Source of the DNA: an uncultured Gammaproteobacteria bacterium
GTDB lineage: Bacteria > Patescibacteriota > Patescibacteriia > Patescibacteriales > UBA12465
Length of the DNA: 64,000 nucleotides
NCBI GenBank assembly: GCA_964539545.1
Contig: CAZIJG010000003.1
Span: forward strand, 4,924 to 68,923
Direction of reading: 5' to 3'
A program made the position numbers and the translations under genes. Each line of letters begins with the position of its first letter. The stretch's first letter is position 1. This document shows positions 48,528 to 55,951 of this stretch, piece after piece. The notes under the pieces were generated by a model. The model searched no databases. It was given only the letters and a program-made list of their open reading frames with translations, and had not been told where the DNA came from.

Positions 48528-48599
48528 GCCGAGGTAGCTCAGTGGTAGAGCAAAGGATTGAAAATCCTTGTGTCGAGAGTCCGATTCTCTCCCTCGGCA
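48528..48599 (+). tRNA. tRNA-Phe (anticodon GAA)
   Basis: Acceptor GCCGAGG/CCTCGGC, anticodon loop TTGAAAA, variable loop GTGTC. The T arm is GAGAG-TCCGATT-CTCTC, a non-canonical T-loop. Confidence 0.85.
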
Positions 48600-48617
48600 C
48601 CCTTTTATAAAGGGTCA

Positions 48618-48693
48618 CGGGGTATGGCCTAGTGGCTAAGGCGCCTGCTTTGGGAGCAGGAGATCCTGGGTTCGAGTCCCAGTGCCCCGACCA
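48618..48693 (+). tRNA. tRNA-Pro (anticodon TGG), CCA encoded
   Basis: Acceptor CGGGGTA/TGCCCCG, anticodon loop TTTGGGA, T-loop TTCGAGT, 3' ACCA. Confidence 0.95.
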
Positions 48694-48715
48694 ACATTAA
48701 TTATTAAACAAACTT

Positions 48716-48979
48716 ATGCCTAATACTAAATCAGCAAAAAAAGAATTGCGAAAAAGTTCTAAAAGAGCAATTCAGAACAAGGAGGAAAAGGTAACAATGA
48801 AAAAAACGATTAAAACAAATCGTAAAGCTGTGGTAGCCAAAGATAAAGATTTATCTAGTAAGCTACTAAAAGAATCTATTAAAACTATAGATAAAGCGGC
48901 TAAAAAAGGTATTATTAAAAAAAATACTGCCAGTCGTTACAAATCTCGTTTGCAAAAACAAGTTAATAAATTAAAATAA
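48716..48979 (+). CDS. rpsT: 30S ribosomal protein S20
   Basis: MPNTKSAKKELRKSSKRAIQNK, an S20-type N-terminus. 87 aa and very basic. Confidence 0.9.
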   Translation: MPNTKSAKKELRKSSKRAIQNKEEKVTMKKTIKTNRKAVVAKDKDLSSKLLKESIKTIDKAAKKGIIKKNTASRYKSRLQKQVNKLK

Positions 48980-49037
48980 TTTACTCCTACTTGGTGTTTG
49001 GCCCCTAGAGACCAAAACTCGGTTCGAGCAAAAACCT

Positions 49038-49412
49038 ATGTTGACTAAAGATTACAAGCTAAAAATTATTAAAAAGTTCAGAACTCACGACAGTGATACT
49101 GGATCTGCTCAAGTACAAATCGCTATTTTAACTGAAGAAATTAAAAGTCTAAGCGGTCATTTGAAAGAGCATAAACACGATCACTCTTCTCGACGTGGTC
49201 TATTAAGAAAAGTTAGCGAAAGAAGAAAGTTACTAAAATATCTACAAAAGGAAGACGCTAAAGCCTTTGCTGATGTAGCTAAAAAGTTAAATCTAAAAAT
49301 CGCTAAAAAGTTACAAGCTGAAGAGGACGCTTTAAGAAAAGAGCAAGAACTTGATGAGATTACCATTGGCACAGAAGTTAAAGCGGTTGAAGCAGACGAA
49401 GTAAAAAAATAA
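49038..49412 (+). CDS. rpsO: 30S ribosomal protein S15 with ~35-aa C-terminal extension
   Basis: FRTHDSDTGSAQVQIAILTEEIKSLSGHLKEHKHDHSSRRGLLRKVSERRKLLKYL is the S15 core. 124 aa, versus about 89 aa for typical S15. Confidence 0.9.
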   Translation: MLTKDYKLKIIKKFRTHDSDTGSAQVQIAILTEEIKSLSGHLKEHKHDHSSRRGLLRKVSERRKLLKYLQKEDAKAFADVAKKLNLKIAKKLQAEEDALRKEQELDEITIGTEVKAVEADEVKK

Positions 49413-49421
49413 TAACGTTTT

Positions 49422-49916
49422 ATGATTAAACATAAGGAACAGAGAGTCGGAGTCCTGGTAGATGTTTCCAACATGTACCATAGCGCTAAGAATCTCTACA
49501 ATAAAAGAGTCAACTTCCGCAAAGTTCTAGAGAAGAGCGTTGACGGCAGAAAACTGATTAGAGCTATTGCTTATGTTATCCATACCGAATCTGAGGAGGA
49601 AACTCCATTCTTTGAAGCCTTGCTACAGCAGGGCTTTGAGGTAAAAATGAAAGATTTACAGATTTTTGCTGGTGGAGCTAAGAAAGCCGATTGGGATGTA
49701 GGCATCGCTGTAGATGCTATCAAATTAGGAGGTAAACTAGACGTAATTGTTCTAGTAACCGGAGATGGTGATTACCTTCCCCTCGTTTCTTATCTACAAA
49801 GCACCAAGGGCTGTTTGGTGGAAGTATTAGCTTTCAGACAAACTGCTTCTTCTAAATTAATAGAGCAAGTGGATGACTTCGTAAATTTAAGCGAAGATAA
49901 AAGATTCTTACAATAA
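49422..49916 (+). CDS. NYN-domain (LabA/DUF88-like) predicted ribonuclease
   Basis: RVGVLVDVSNMYHSAK ... DWDVGIAVDA ... VLVTGDGDYLPLV is the acidic-residue pattern of NYN/PIN-like nucleases. Confidence 0.75.
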   Translation: MIKHKEQRVGVLVDVSNMYHSAKNLYNKRVNFRKVLEKSVDGRKLIRAIAYVIHTESEEETPFFEALLQQGFEVKMKDLQIFAGGAKKADWDVGIAVDAIKLGGKLDVIVLVTGDGDYLPLVSYLQSTKGCLVEVLAFRQTASSKLIEQVDDFVNLSEDKRFLQ

Positions 49917-50009
49917 CTAAATAATAATTATAGCTTGGTCATTAGATAAATAGTGCTATAAGTCTTTATACTTATGGTCCTGTAATTTAATGGCCAGGCC
50001 CAAAACATT

Positions 50010-52292
50010 ATGTCAAAAGAAAAAAGTTTTTCTACCGAGTGGCTTGGTCGCACTCTGACAGTAAAAACCGGTAAGTTAGCTAAACAAGCTGACGCCGCTG
50101 TTGTCGTACAATACGGCGACACCGTGGTTATGACCACAGTAGTTCAATCTCCAACCGAAAGAGATGGAGTGAACTTCTTTCCACTGATGGTGGAATGTGA
50201 AGAACGTTTATATGCCGCTGGTATTATTAAAGGTTCTCGTTGGGTTAAACGTGAAGGCCGTCCTAGTGATAGCTCTATTTTAACCGGACGTATGATCGAC
50301 AGAACTATCAGACCTTTGTTTGATGATTCTAGTCGTAAAGATATCCAAGTAATCAATACTATATTATCAGTAGACCAAGAAAATGATTATGATATCGTTG
50401 CTCTAGTAGCTTCTTCAATTGCTGTGTCTATCTCCGGTGCTAAATGGAATGGTCCAATTAGTGGTGTGAGAGTAGCTAGAATTGAGAATGAACTAGTCTT
50501 TAATCCTACCTACGAACAAATGAAATCTAGTGATCTAGATTTAATTGTAGCTGGTACTAAAGAAAAAACTATTATGATCGAAGCTGCTGCTCAGGAAATT
50601 CCAGAAGCAGAAATGGAAAAAGCTCTATTAGCTGGTCAGAAAGAATTACAAGCCCCAATCGCTTTAATCGAAAAGATTAAGAAAGAAATGGGGGTAAAAG
50701 AAAAAGCTGAACCACAAAAACTAGATAGCGAAGATGATAAAGCTAAAGCTGAAGAAAAAGTTAGGGTTCTTGTTCTAGCCACCGAATGGTTAAATCAAAA
50801 CATTAAGAAAATGTTATTTGATAAAGCCTATCACAGTAAAGGTGAAAGAAAAGCTGTTGTAAGAGCTATCAAAGAAGGTTTAGATAAACACCTATTCGAA
50901 CAAGGCCTAGAAAAAGATCAAAGATCATTCGCTATTAAGGAAACTGCCGAAGGCATGATCGAAGCTGAAGTAAGTCGCTCAATTATTGAAGATAAGAAAA
51001 GAGTTGATGGAAGAAAAATGAATGAAATTAGAGAGTTAATTGCTGATACTAGCCTATTCCCTAGAACTCATGGTGACGGACTTTTCTCTAGAGGAGAAAC
51101 TCAAGTAATGTCTATTACTACTCTGGGAGCTCCTTCATTGGAACAGACTCTAGAAGATCTAGAAGGTGAAACTAAAAAACGTTACATGCATCACTATAAC
51201 TTCCCTCCTTACAGTGTAAACGAAGCCAAACCTCTTAGAGGAACTGGCCGTAGAGAAGTTGGACATGGTGCTCTAGCAGAAAAAGCCTTACTTCCAGTAT
51301 TACCAAGTAAAGAAGAATTTTCTTATACTATCAGAGTAGTGAGTGAAACTCTAGGTTCAAATGGCTCATCTTCTATGGCCTCTACCTGTGGCTCATCTCT
51401 ATCATTAATGGACGCTGGTGTCCCAATTAAGACTGCTGTAGCCGGTATTGCCATGGGATTAGCTTCTAACGAAGATATGAGCAAATGGCAGGTTCTAACA
51501 GATATTCAAGACCTAGAAGACGGTAAAGGCGGTATGGACTTCAAAATCACTGGTACTAAGAATGGTTTAACTGCTGTTCAATTAGATACTAAGACTGATG
51601 GTATAAACGAAGATATTATTAAGGAAACTTTAGTTGAAGGTAGAAATGCTTTGGATCAGATTCTAAAAGTCATGAATAAAGCAATCAGTGAACCGAAAGA
51701 AATGTCTCCCTATGCTCCTAGAATTATAAACCTAAAGATCAACCCAGAGAAGATTGGTATGGTAATCGGCCCCGGTGGTAAAGTTATTAATAAGATTATT
51801 GACGAAACTGACGTAAGCATCGATATCGAAGAGGATGGTTTAGTAGTAATTTGTGGTCAAAATGCCGACAACTGTAAGAAAGCTGAAGCCATGGTAGCAG
51901 AAATAGTTCATGAGTTTGAAGCCGGTGAAGTAATCAAAGGTGAAGTAGTTAGAATGTTAGACTTCGGTGCCTTTGTTAAACTAAACGCTAATCAGGACGG
52001 TTTAGTCCATGTTAGTGAAATGGCTCCATACAGAGTGGGCAATCCAACTGACTTACTTAAAATTGGTGATATAGTAGAAGTAAAGGTTAAAGAAATTGAT
52101 GACCAAGGAAGAGTAAGTCTAACCATGAAGACCCAAGAGGCAAATAGTAAAATTTGGGAGAATGAACCTGGAAAATCTGAAGGTGGTTTTACTCCAGGTA
52201 ATTCTAGCCGAGATCGTAACAGTGGTCGCAGTAACGATCGCCGTAGTGGAGGTGGTAATTCTGGATTCAGAAAACCAAGTCCAAGAAGCTAA
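50010..52292 (+). CDS. pnp: Polyribonucleotide nucleotidyltransferase (PNPase) with RG-rich C-terminal tail
   Basis: Two RNase PH domains, then KH (IGMVIGPGGKVINKI) and S1 (GEVVRMLDFGAFVKL) domains. 760 aa. Confidence 0.95.
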   Translation: MSKEKSFSTEWLGRTLTVKTGKLAKQADAAVVVQYGDTVVMTTVVQSPTERDGVNFFPLMVECEERLYAAGIIKGSRWVKREGRPSDSSILTGRMIDRTIRPLFDDSSRKDIQVINTILSVDQENDYDIVALVASSIAVSISGAKWNGPISGVRVARIENELVFNPTYEQMKSSDLDLIVAGTKEKTIMIEAAAQEIPEAEMEKALLAGQKELQAPIALIEKIKKEMGVKEKAEPQKLDSEDDKAKAEEKVRVLVLATEWLNQNIKKMLFDKAYHSKGERKAVVRAIKEGLDKHLFEQGLEKDQRSFAIKETAEGMIEAEVSRSIIEDKKRVDGRKMNEIRELIADTSLFPRTHGDGLFSRGETQVMSITTLGAPSLEQTLEDLEGETKKRYMHHYNFPPYSVNEAKPLRGTGRREVGHGALAEKALLPVLPSKEEFSYTIRVVSETLGSNGSSSMASTCGSSLSLMDAGVPIKTAVAGIAMGLASNEDMSKWQVLTDIQDLEDGKGGMDFKITGTKNGLTAVQLDTKTDGINEDIIKETLVEGRNALDQILKVMNKAISEPKEMSPYAPRIINLKINPEKIGMVIGPGGKVINKIIDETDVSIDIEEDGLVVICGQNADNCKKAEAMVAEIVHEFEAGEVIKGEVVRMLDFGAFVKLNANQDGLVHVSEMAPYRVGNPTDLLKIGDIVEVKVKEIDDQGRVSLTMKTQEANSKIWENEPGKSEGGFTPGNSSRDRNSGRSNDRRSGGGNSGFRKPSPRS

Positions 52293-52296
52293 ACTA

Positions 52297-52325
52297 TTGA
52301 CTTTTAAGTACTATTAAGCTAGTAT
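52297..52325 (+). promoter_or_regulatory. Candidate promoter for rpsP
   Basis: TTGACT-17 nt-TAGTAT, immediately after the pnp stop. Followed by the leader hairpin aatgctt-acttaa-aagcatt. Confidence 0.4.
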
Positions 52326-52399
52326 TTAATTTAATAAATAAATTAATCAGGCCCTGCTAATGCTTACTTAAAAGCATTTCTGGACTGAAAGAATAGCAA

Positions 52400-52864
52400 A
52401 TGTTAACTATTAGATTATCTCAAGTTGGCAAAAAGAATAAGAAATCTTTCCGTTTAATAATTTCAGAGAAAAGCCGAGATACTTTTGGCCGTGCTTTAGA
52501 AATTCTAGGTTCATACAATCCTCATAACAAGAAGCTAGTAGCTAAGGCAGACCGAATTAAGTATTGGTTATCTCAAGGATCTGGCATGTCAGCCACTGTT
52601 AACAACTTATTAGTTGCGAACAAGATTATTGAAGGAGAGAAAGTTCGAGCCAGCAGACTAAACCAAAAAAAGAATAAAAACAAGGGAAAAGAAAAACCAG
52701 CTGAAGAAAAACCAGCTGCTGAGAAAAAAACAGAGACTCCAAAAAAAGAAAAACCAGCTGAAGAAACTAAAGCCGAAGAACCAAAAATTGAAGAACCAAA
52801 AATTGAAGAAAAAGTTGAGAAGAAGACAGAGGGAAAAGTTGAGAAGAAGACAGAAAACAAATAA
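52400..52864 (+). CDS. rpsP: 30S ribosomal protein S16 with ~70-aa K/E/P-rich repeat tail
   Basis: MLTIRLSQVGKKNKKSFRLIISEKSRDTFGRALEILGSYNPH is the S16 core. 154 aa, versus about 80-90 aa typical. Confidence 0.9.
   Translation: MLTIRLSQVGKKNKKSFRLIISEKSRDTFGRALEILGSYNPHNKKLVAKADRIKYWLSQGSGMSATVNNLLVANKIIEGEKVRASRLNQKKNKNKGKEKPAEEKPAAEKKTETPKKEKPAEETKAEEPKIEEPKIEEKVEKKTEGKVEKKTENK
52691..52854 (+). repeat. In-frame short tandem repeats inside the rpsP 3' region
   Basis: gaaaaaccagctg occurs at 52691, 52706 and 52748. gaagaaccaaaaatt occurs twice in tandem (52775 and 52790). aaaagttgagaagaagacaga occurs twice with period 24 (52810 and 52834). Confidence 0.8.
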
Positions 52865-52873
52865 TTTCGCCCC

Positions 52874-52903
52874 TTGACAAATAGTATATATTTATTATAT
52901 AAT
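52874..52903 (+). promoter_or_regulatory. Candidate promoter for the KH-protein/trmD unit
   Basis: TTGACA-18 nt-TATAAT, about 90 nt upstream of the ATG at 52993. Confidence 0.45.
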
Positions 52904-52992
52904 ATAATTCAGAAATAATTATTAAGAAGCCTTTTTCAAATTGACAAATCAGCAATGATTTCTAGTCAATCTGATAAGACACGGAAAAATGT

Positions 52993-53340
52993 ATGGCAGG
53001 AAAAGAACAGGACCAAGAGTTTTTAGAAATGATTGTTAAAAATATCGTTTCTCAACCTGACTCAGTGGTCGTTGAAAGAACTATCGACGAAATGGGAGTT
53101 CTTTTAACCTTAAAGATTGATCAATCTGACATGGGTTACGTAATTGGAAAGAAAGGTCAAACTGCTCAAGCAATGAGAACTTTATTGAAGATCATTGGAG
53201 CTAAAAATAATTCAAGAGTAAACCTAAAGATTTATGACCCAAATGCTGGTGATATGAGTTCTAGAACACCAAGAGAAGCTACTAATGAAGCCCCTGCTAC
53301 TGATGTAGACACTTCTGCAGTAGACGATCTAAAACTATAA
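52993..53340 (+). CDS. KH-domain RNA-binding protein (KhpA/YlqC, UPF0109) with C-terminal extension
   Basis: GYVIGKKGQTAQAMRTLLK is the GxxG KH motif. The position between rpsP and trmD is conserved. Confidence 0.8.
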   Translation: MAGKEQDQEFLEMIVKNIVSQPDSVVVERTIDEMGVLLTLKIDQSDMGYVIGKKGQTAQAMRTLLKIIGAKNNSRVNLKIYDPNAGDMSSRTPREATNEAPATDVDTSAVDDLKL

Positions 53341-53362
53341 AATTTGATTGTTATATATCAAC

Positions 53363-53396
53363 AAAAACCACAACTTTAAAAGGCTGTGGTTTTTTG
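53363..53396 (+). terminator. Hairpin plus T-run between the KH gene and trmD
   Basis: aaccaca-(12 nt)-tgtggtt, followed by TTTTTG. Confidence 0.55.
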
Positions 53397-53407
53397 TTTA
53401 AAGACCT

Positions 53408-54073
53408 ATGACTACATTCCATATTCTAACCATCTTTCCTGAAATCTTTGATTCATACTTCTCTGAAAGTATTATTAAAAGAGCTCAGACTAGAAAACAA
53501 ATAAATATCCAAGTCCATGATCTAAGAAAATGGACTGCAGATAAACATAGAACTGTTGATGACACTCCCTATGGTGGTGGAGCTGGCATGCTTTTGAAAG
53601 TGGAACCAATTTACAAGGCCCTAAAAGAATTAGCCCCCAGAAAAAAGAAGTCTAGAAGAATCATTCTCTTATCTGCTAAAGGAAAAACCTGGCAACAGTC
53701 ATTGGCTCGAGAATATAGTAATAGATATAAAGAATACATCTTTATCTGTGGTCGCTATGAGGGCGTAGACGAGCGAATAATGGAGTTTATTGATGAAGAG
53801 ATATCAATTGGTGATTACGTACTCACAGGCGGCGAAATCCCTGCTATGCTTATGGTAGATTCAATCACAAGATTACTGCCAGATGTCCTAGGTAACCCAG
53901 AAAGTAGTAAAGATGAATCACACACCAAAAAAAATATTCTAGAATATCCTCATTACACAAAACCAGCCATATTCACAGCTGGCAAAAAGAAATATGAAGT
54001 ACCAAAAATATTATTGTCTGGTAACCATAGAGAAATAAAGAAATGGAGAGAGAAGAAACAGAAGAAGAAATAA
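53408..54073 (+). CDS. trmD: tRNA (guanine37-N1)-methyltransferase
   Basis: [35 protein letters not shown] and [10 protein letters not shown] are TrmD signatures. Confidence 0.9.
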   Translation: MTTFHILTIFPEIFDSYFSESIIKRAQTRKQINIQVHDLRKWTADKHRTVDDTPYGGGAGMLLKVEPIYKALKELAPRKKKSRRIILLSAKGKTWQQSLAREYSNRYKEYIFICGRYEGVDERIMEFIDEEISIGDYVLTGGEIPAMLMVDSITRLLPDVLGNPESSKDESHTKKNILEYPHYTKPAIFTAGKKKYEVPKILLSGNHREIKKWREKKQKKK

Positions 54074-54102
54074 ATTATAACAATAGAAGAAAAAAAGAAA
54101 AA

Positions 54103-54129
54103 AACCTCAGTTCAACAGACCGAGGTTTT
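54103..54129. terminator. Weak hairpin terminator between convergent trmD and the 54148 gene
   Basis: aacctc-(13 nt)-gaggtt, followed by TTTA, with an A-run upstream. Confidence 0.4.
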
Positions 54130-54147
54130 ATAGATTAAAAATCTAAT

Positions 54148-54405
54148 CTATGTTTTTTGCATTGCATTAGTGATGCGTACTAGTTTTTCTCTAATCCTTT
54201 CAATGTCCTGCTTTAAATTATGCAACTCATTAAGAGCTGAATTTAAATAACTAAACAATTTGATTTTAGCTTCGTCTAAAGTAAGATGATACTTAGTTTC
54301 ATTAAACTCATACTCAACATCAGACTGTTCATCAATTGCCAAAAAAACCGCTTCTTTTATTGATTCTGCGATTGTCCCAGTCTGTTTTCTTAATTGTACT
54401 GCCAT
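54148..54405 (-). CDS. Hypothetical 85-aa helical/coiled-coil protein
   Basis: Intact ORF with its own candidate promoter. No recognisable motif. Confidence 0.5.
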   Translation of the reverse strand: MAVQLRKQTGTIAESIKEAVFLAIDEQSDVEYEFNETKYHLTLDEAKIKLFSYLNSALNELHNLKQDIERIREKLVRITNAMQKT

Positions 54406-54443
54406 GACTACGTTGTTTTATTAATGTTCAAAAAATATCTAAC

Positions 54444-54472
54444 TAATGTATCAAGTATTCTAATTATTGTCA
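54444..54472 (-). promoter_or_regulatory. Candidate promoter for the 85-aa gene
   Basis: The minus strand reads TTGACA-17 nt-TACATT, about 38 nt upstream of the ATG at 54405. Confidence 0.4.
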
Positions 54473-54475
54473 ATA

Positions 54476-54571
54476 GCTACTTCAACACTTTAACTACGCC
54501 TTTGCTAACATCCACCTCAACCAAATCACCATCTTTTATAATTCTGATGGCAATTTTAGTTCCAATTAGTG
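54476..54571 (-). pseudogene. Start-less 31-codon relic resembling the C-terminus of a PEP-utilising-enzyme mobile (swivel) domain
   Basis: My translation between in-frame stops is SLIGTKIAIRIIKDGDLVEVDVSKGVVKVLK*. The IKDGDxVxVDxxxGxV pattern is typical of the end of PpsA/PPDK/PtsI swivel domains. There is no ATG, GTG or TTG start in frame. Confidence 0.35.
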
Positions 54572-54612
54572 ACTAAAAAAGTTCGTAGGACAGTGGACAA
54601 AAAAATTATGAT

Positions 54613-55614
54613 CTACACTAATTTCCATCCTCCGCTCTCTTTAACCTGAAGTTTACCATGAACTACAAAACCAGCTGCTTTAGCGTGTCCACCGCCTCCT
54701 AGGAGGTTGGCTAATTTAGATAAATTAACATGACCAATAGCTGAACCTCTAAAACTACCTTTGATATATCCTGGTTCTTGTTCTCGTAATAATAGTATGG
54801 CTTTAACATGGGCCATATTACTGAGAAAACCAGCAATCTCGCCAAAGATATCACTGTCATACAACTGATCTTTAGATAAGTACTCTTTAAGATCTTCATA
54901 GGTTAGCACTGAAATGCCAACCTTGTATTTCTCATTAATCTGTAGGTTATTTAAGGCTTTACCCCAAAGCTTTACGCTCTCTACACTCTTATTGTATTGA
55001 GTCTTATCTATAATCTTAGGCAATTGAGCTCCCTTAGCTAATAGATCTGAAGAAATAGATAGGGTAGACTCCTGCGTAGAAGTATACAGAAAATTAGCTG
55101 TATCAGTTAATATACCAGCCAATAGAGCAGTGGCAATATTTTTATTTATAATAATCTTATTCTCTTTAAAAAAGTAATACAACACTTCAGTAGTAGAAGC
55201 TGCGGTTGATTTTCTAATTTCAATATCTGCATAATCACCAACTTTGGAATGATGATCAAATTCAATAATTTTTAATCTATTATCTACTTCAGCCTGCATC
55301 TCTAATATCTCTTCCTCCAAAGAAGTTCTTGAAACGGAACCGCAGTCCACAGTAATTAATAAATCGAAGTCTTTTAAATCAAAATTCTTCTCTGCTACAA
55401 TCATTTCTTCATAGGGTAAAAAATCAAAAACACCTTCTGACTTATTTTGTGAGAAGGCGGTAAATTTCTTATCCAGGCTGATCATTAAATCAATTAAAGC
55501 ACTAGAAGAAGATATAGCGTCTGTGTCTGGATTAATATGACCAACAATTAAAACGTTGTTAGCCTCTAAAATAGAGTTATAAGCTTGTTGAAAAGAGTCT
55601 TTAAAACCTACCAT
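54613..55614 (-). CDS. nrnA: DHH/DHHA1 phosphoesterase (NrnA-type oligoribonuclease / pAp phosphatase)
   Basis: VGHINPDTDAISS, TVDCG, FDHH and GGGGHAKAAG motifs. The infB-rbfA-nrnA order is also known in actinobacteria. Confidence 0.8.
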   Translation of the reverse strand: MVGFKDSFQQAYNSILEANNVLIVGHINPDTDAISSSSALIDLMISLDKKFTAFSQNKSEGVFDFLPYEEMIVAEKNFDLKDFDLLITVDCGSVSRTSLEEEILEMQAEVDNRLKIIEFDHHSKVGDYADIEIRKSTAASTTEVLYYFFKENKIIINKNIATALLAGILTDTANFLYTSTQESTLSISSDLLAKGAQLPKIIDKTQYNKSVESVKLWGKALNNLQINEKYKVGISVLTYEDLKEYLSKDQLYDSDIFGEIAGFLSNMAHVKAILLLREQEPGYIKGSFRGSAIGHVNLSKLANLLGGGGHAKAAGFVVHGKLQVKESGGWKLV

Positions 55615-55618
55615 ATCT

Positions 55619-55951
55619 TTATTCTTCGGCTATCTGCCTAAAAATTGCTTCCAAGACTTGCTCATTTTTTGATCCAGTATCTAGTGCCCAAAATATTTTT
55701 GGCACTCTTTTTAATTTAGATTTTTTCTGTAATCTATAAGCAATAACCTTATTATGCTTCCTTAGACTTTCTAGAGCACTGCCATAGAATTTATTAGGCA
55801 ACACTGAAATAGTTATTTTAATGTAAGAAACCCTATCATCAGCCTCTGCTTTCAATATAGTAATTAAAACATTTGGCAATCGAACTTCTTGATTAACAAT
55901 TTCAGCCAAGTCCGAATGAATGAGTGAGTTTAGCTTATCTTGGTTTGCCAT
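55619..55951 (-). CDS. rbfA: Ribosome-binding factor A
   Basis: 110 aa, immediately downstream of infB (1-nt overlap). RbfA-like KH-fold sequence pattern. Confidence 0.75.
   Translation of the reverse strand: MANQDKLNSLIHSDLAEIVNQEVRLPNVLITILKAEADDRVSYIKITISVLPNKFYGSALESLRKHNKVIAYRLQKKSKLKRVPKIFWALDTGSKNEQVLEAIFRQIAEE

Noticed and set aside
48406-48618. The 70-aa minus-strand ORF over the tRNA cluster, and likewise 60128-60316 over the second cluster.
   Set aside because: The same DNA folds into four (and three) canonical tRNA cloverleaves on the plus strand, so the ORFs are artefacts.
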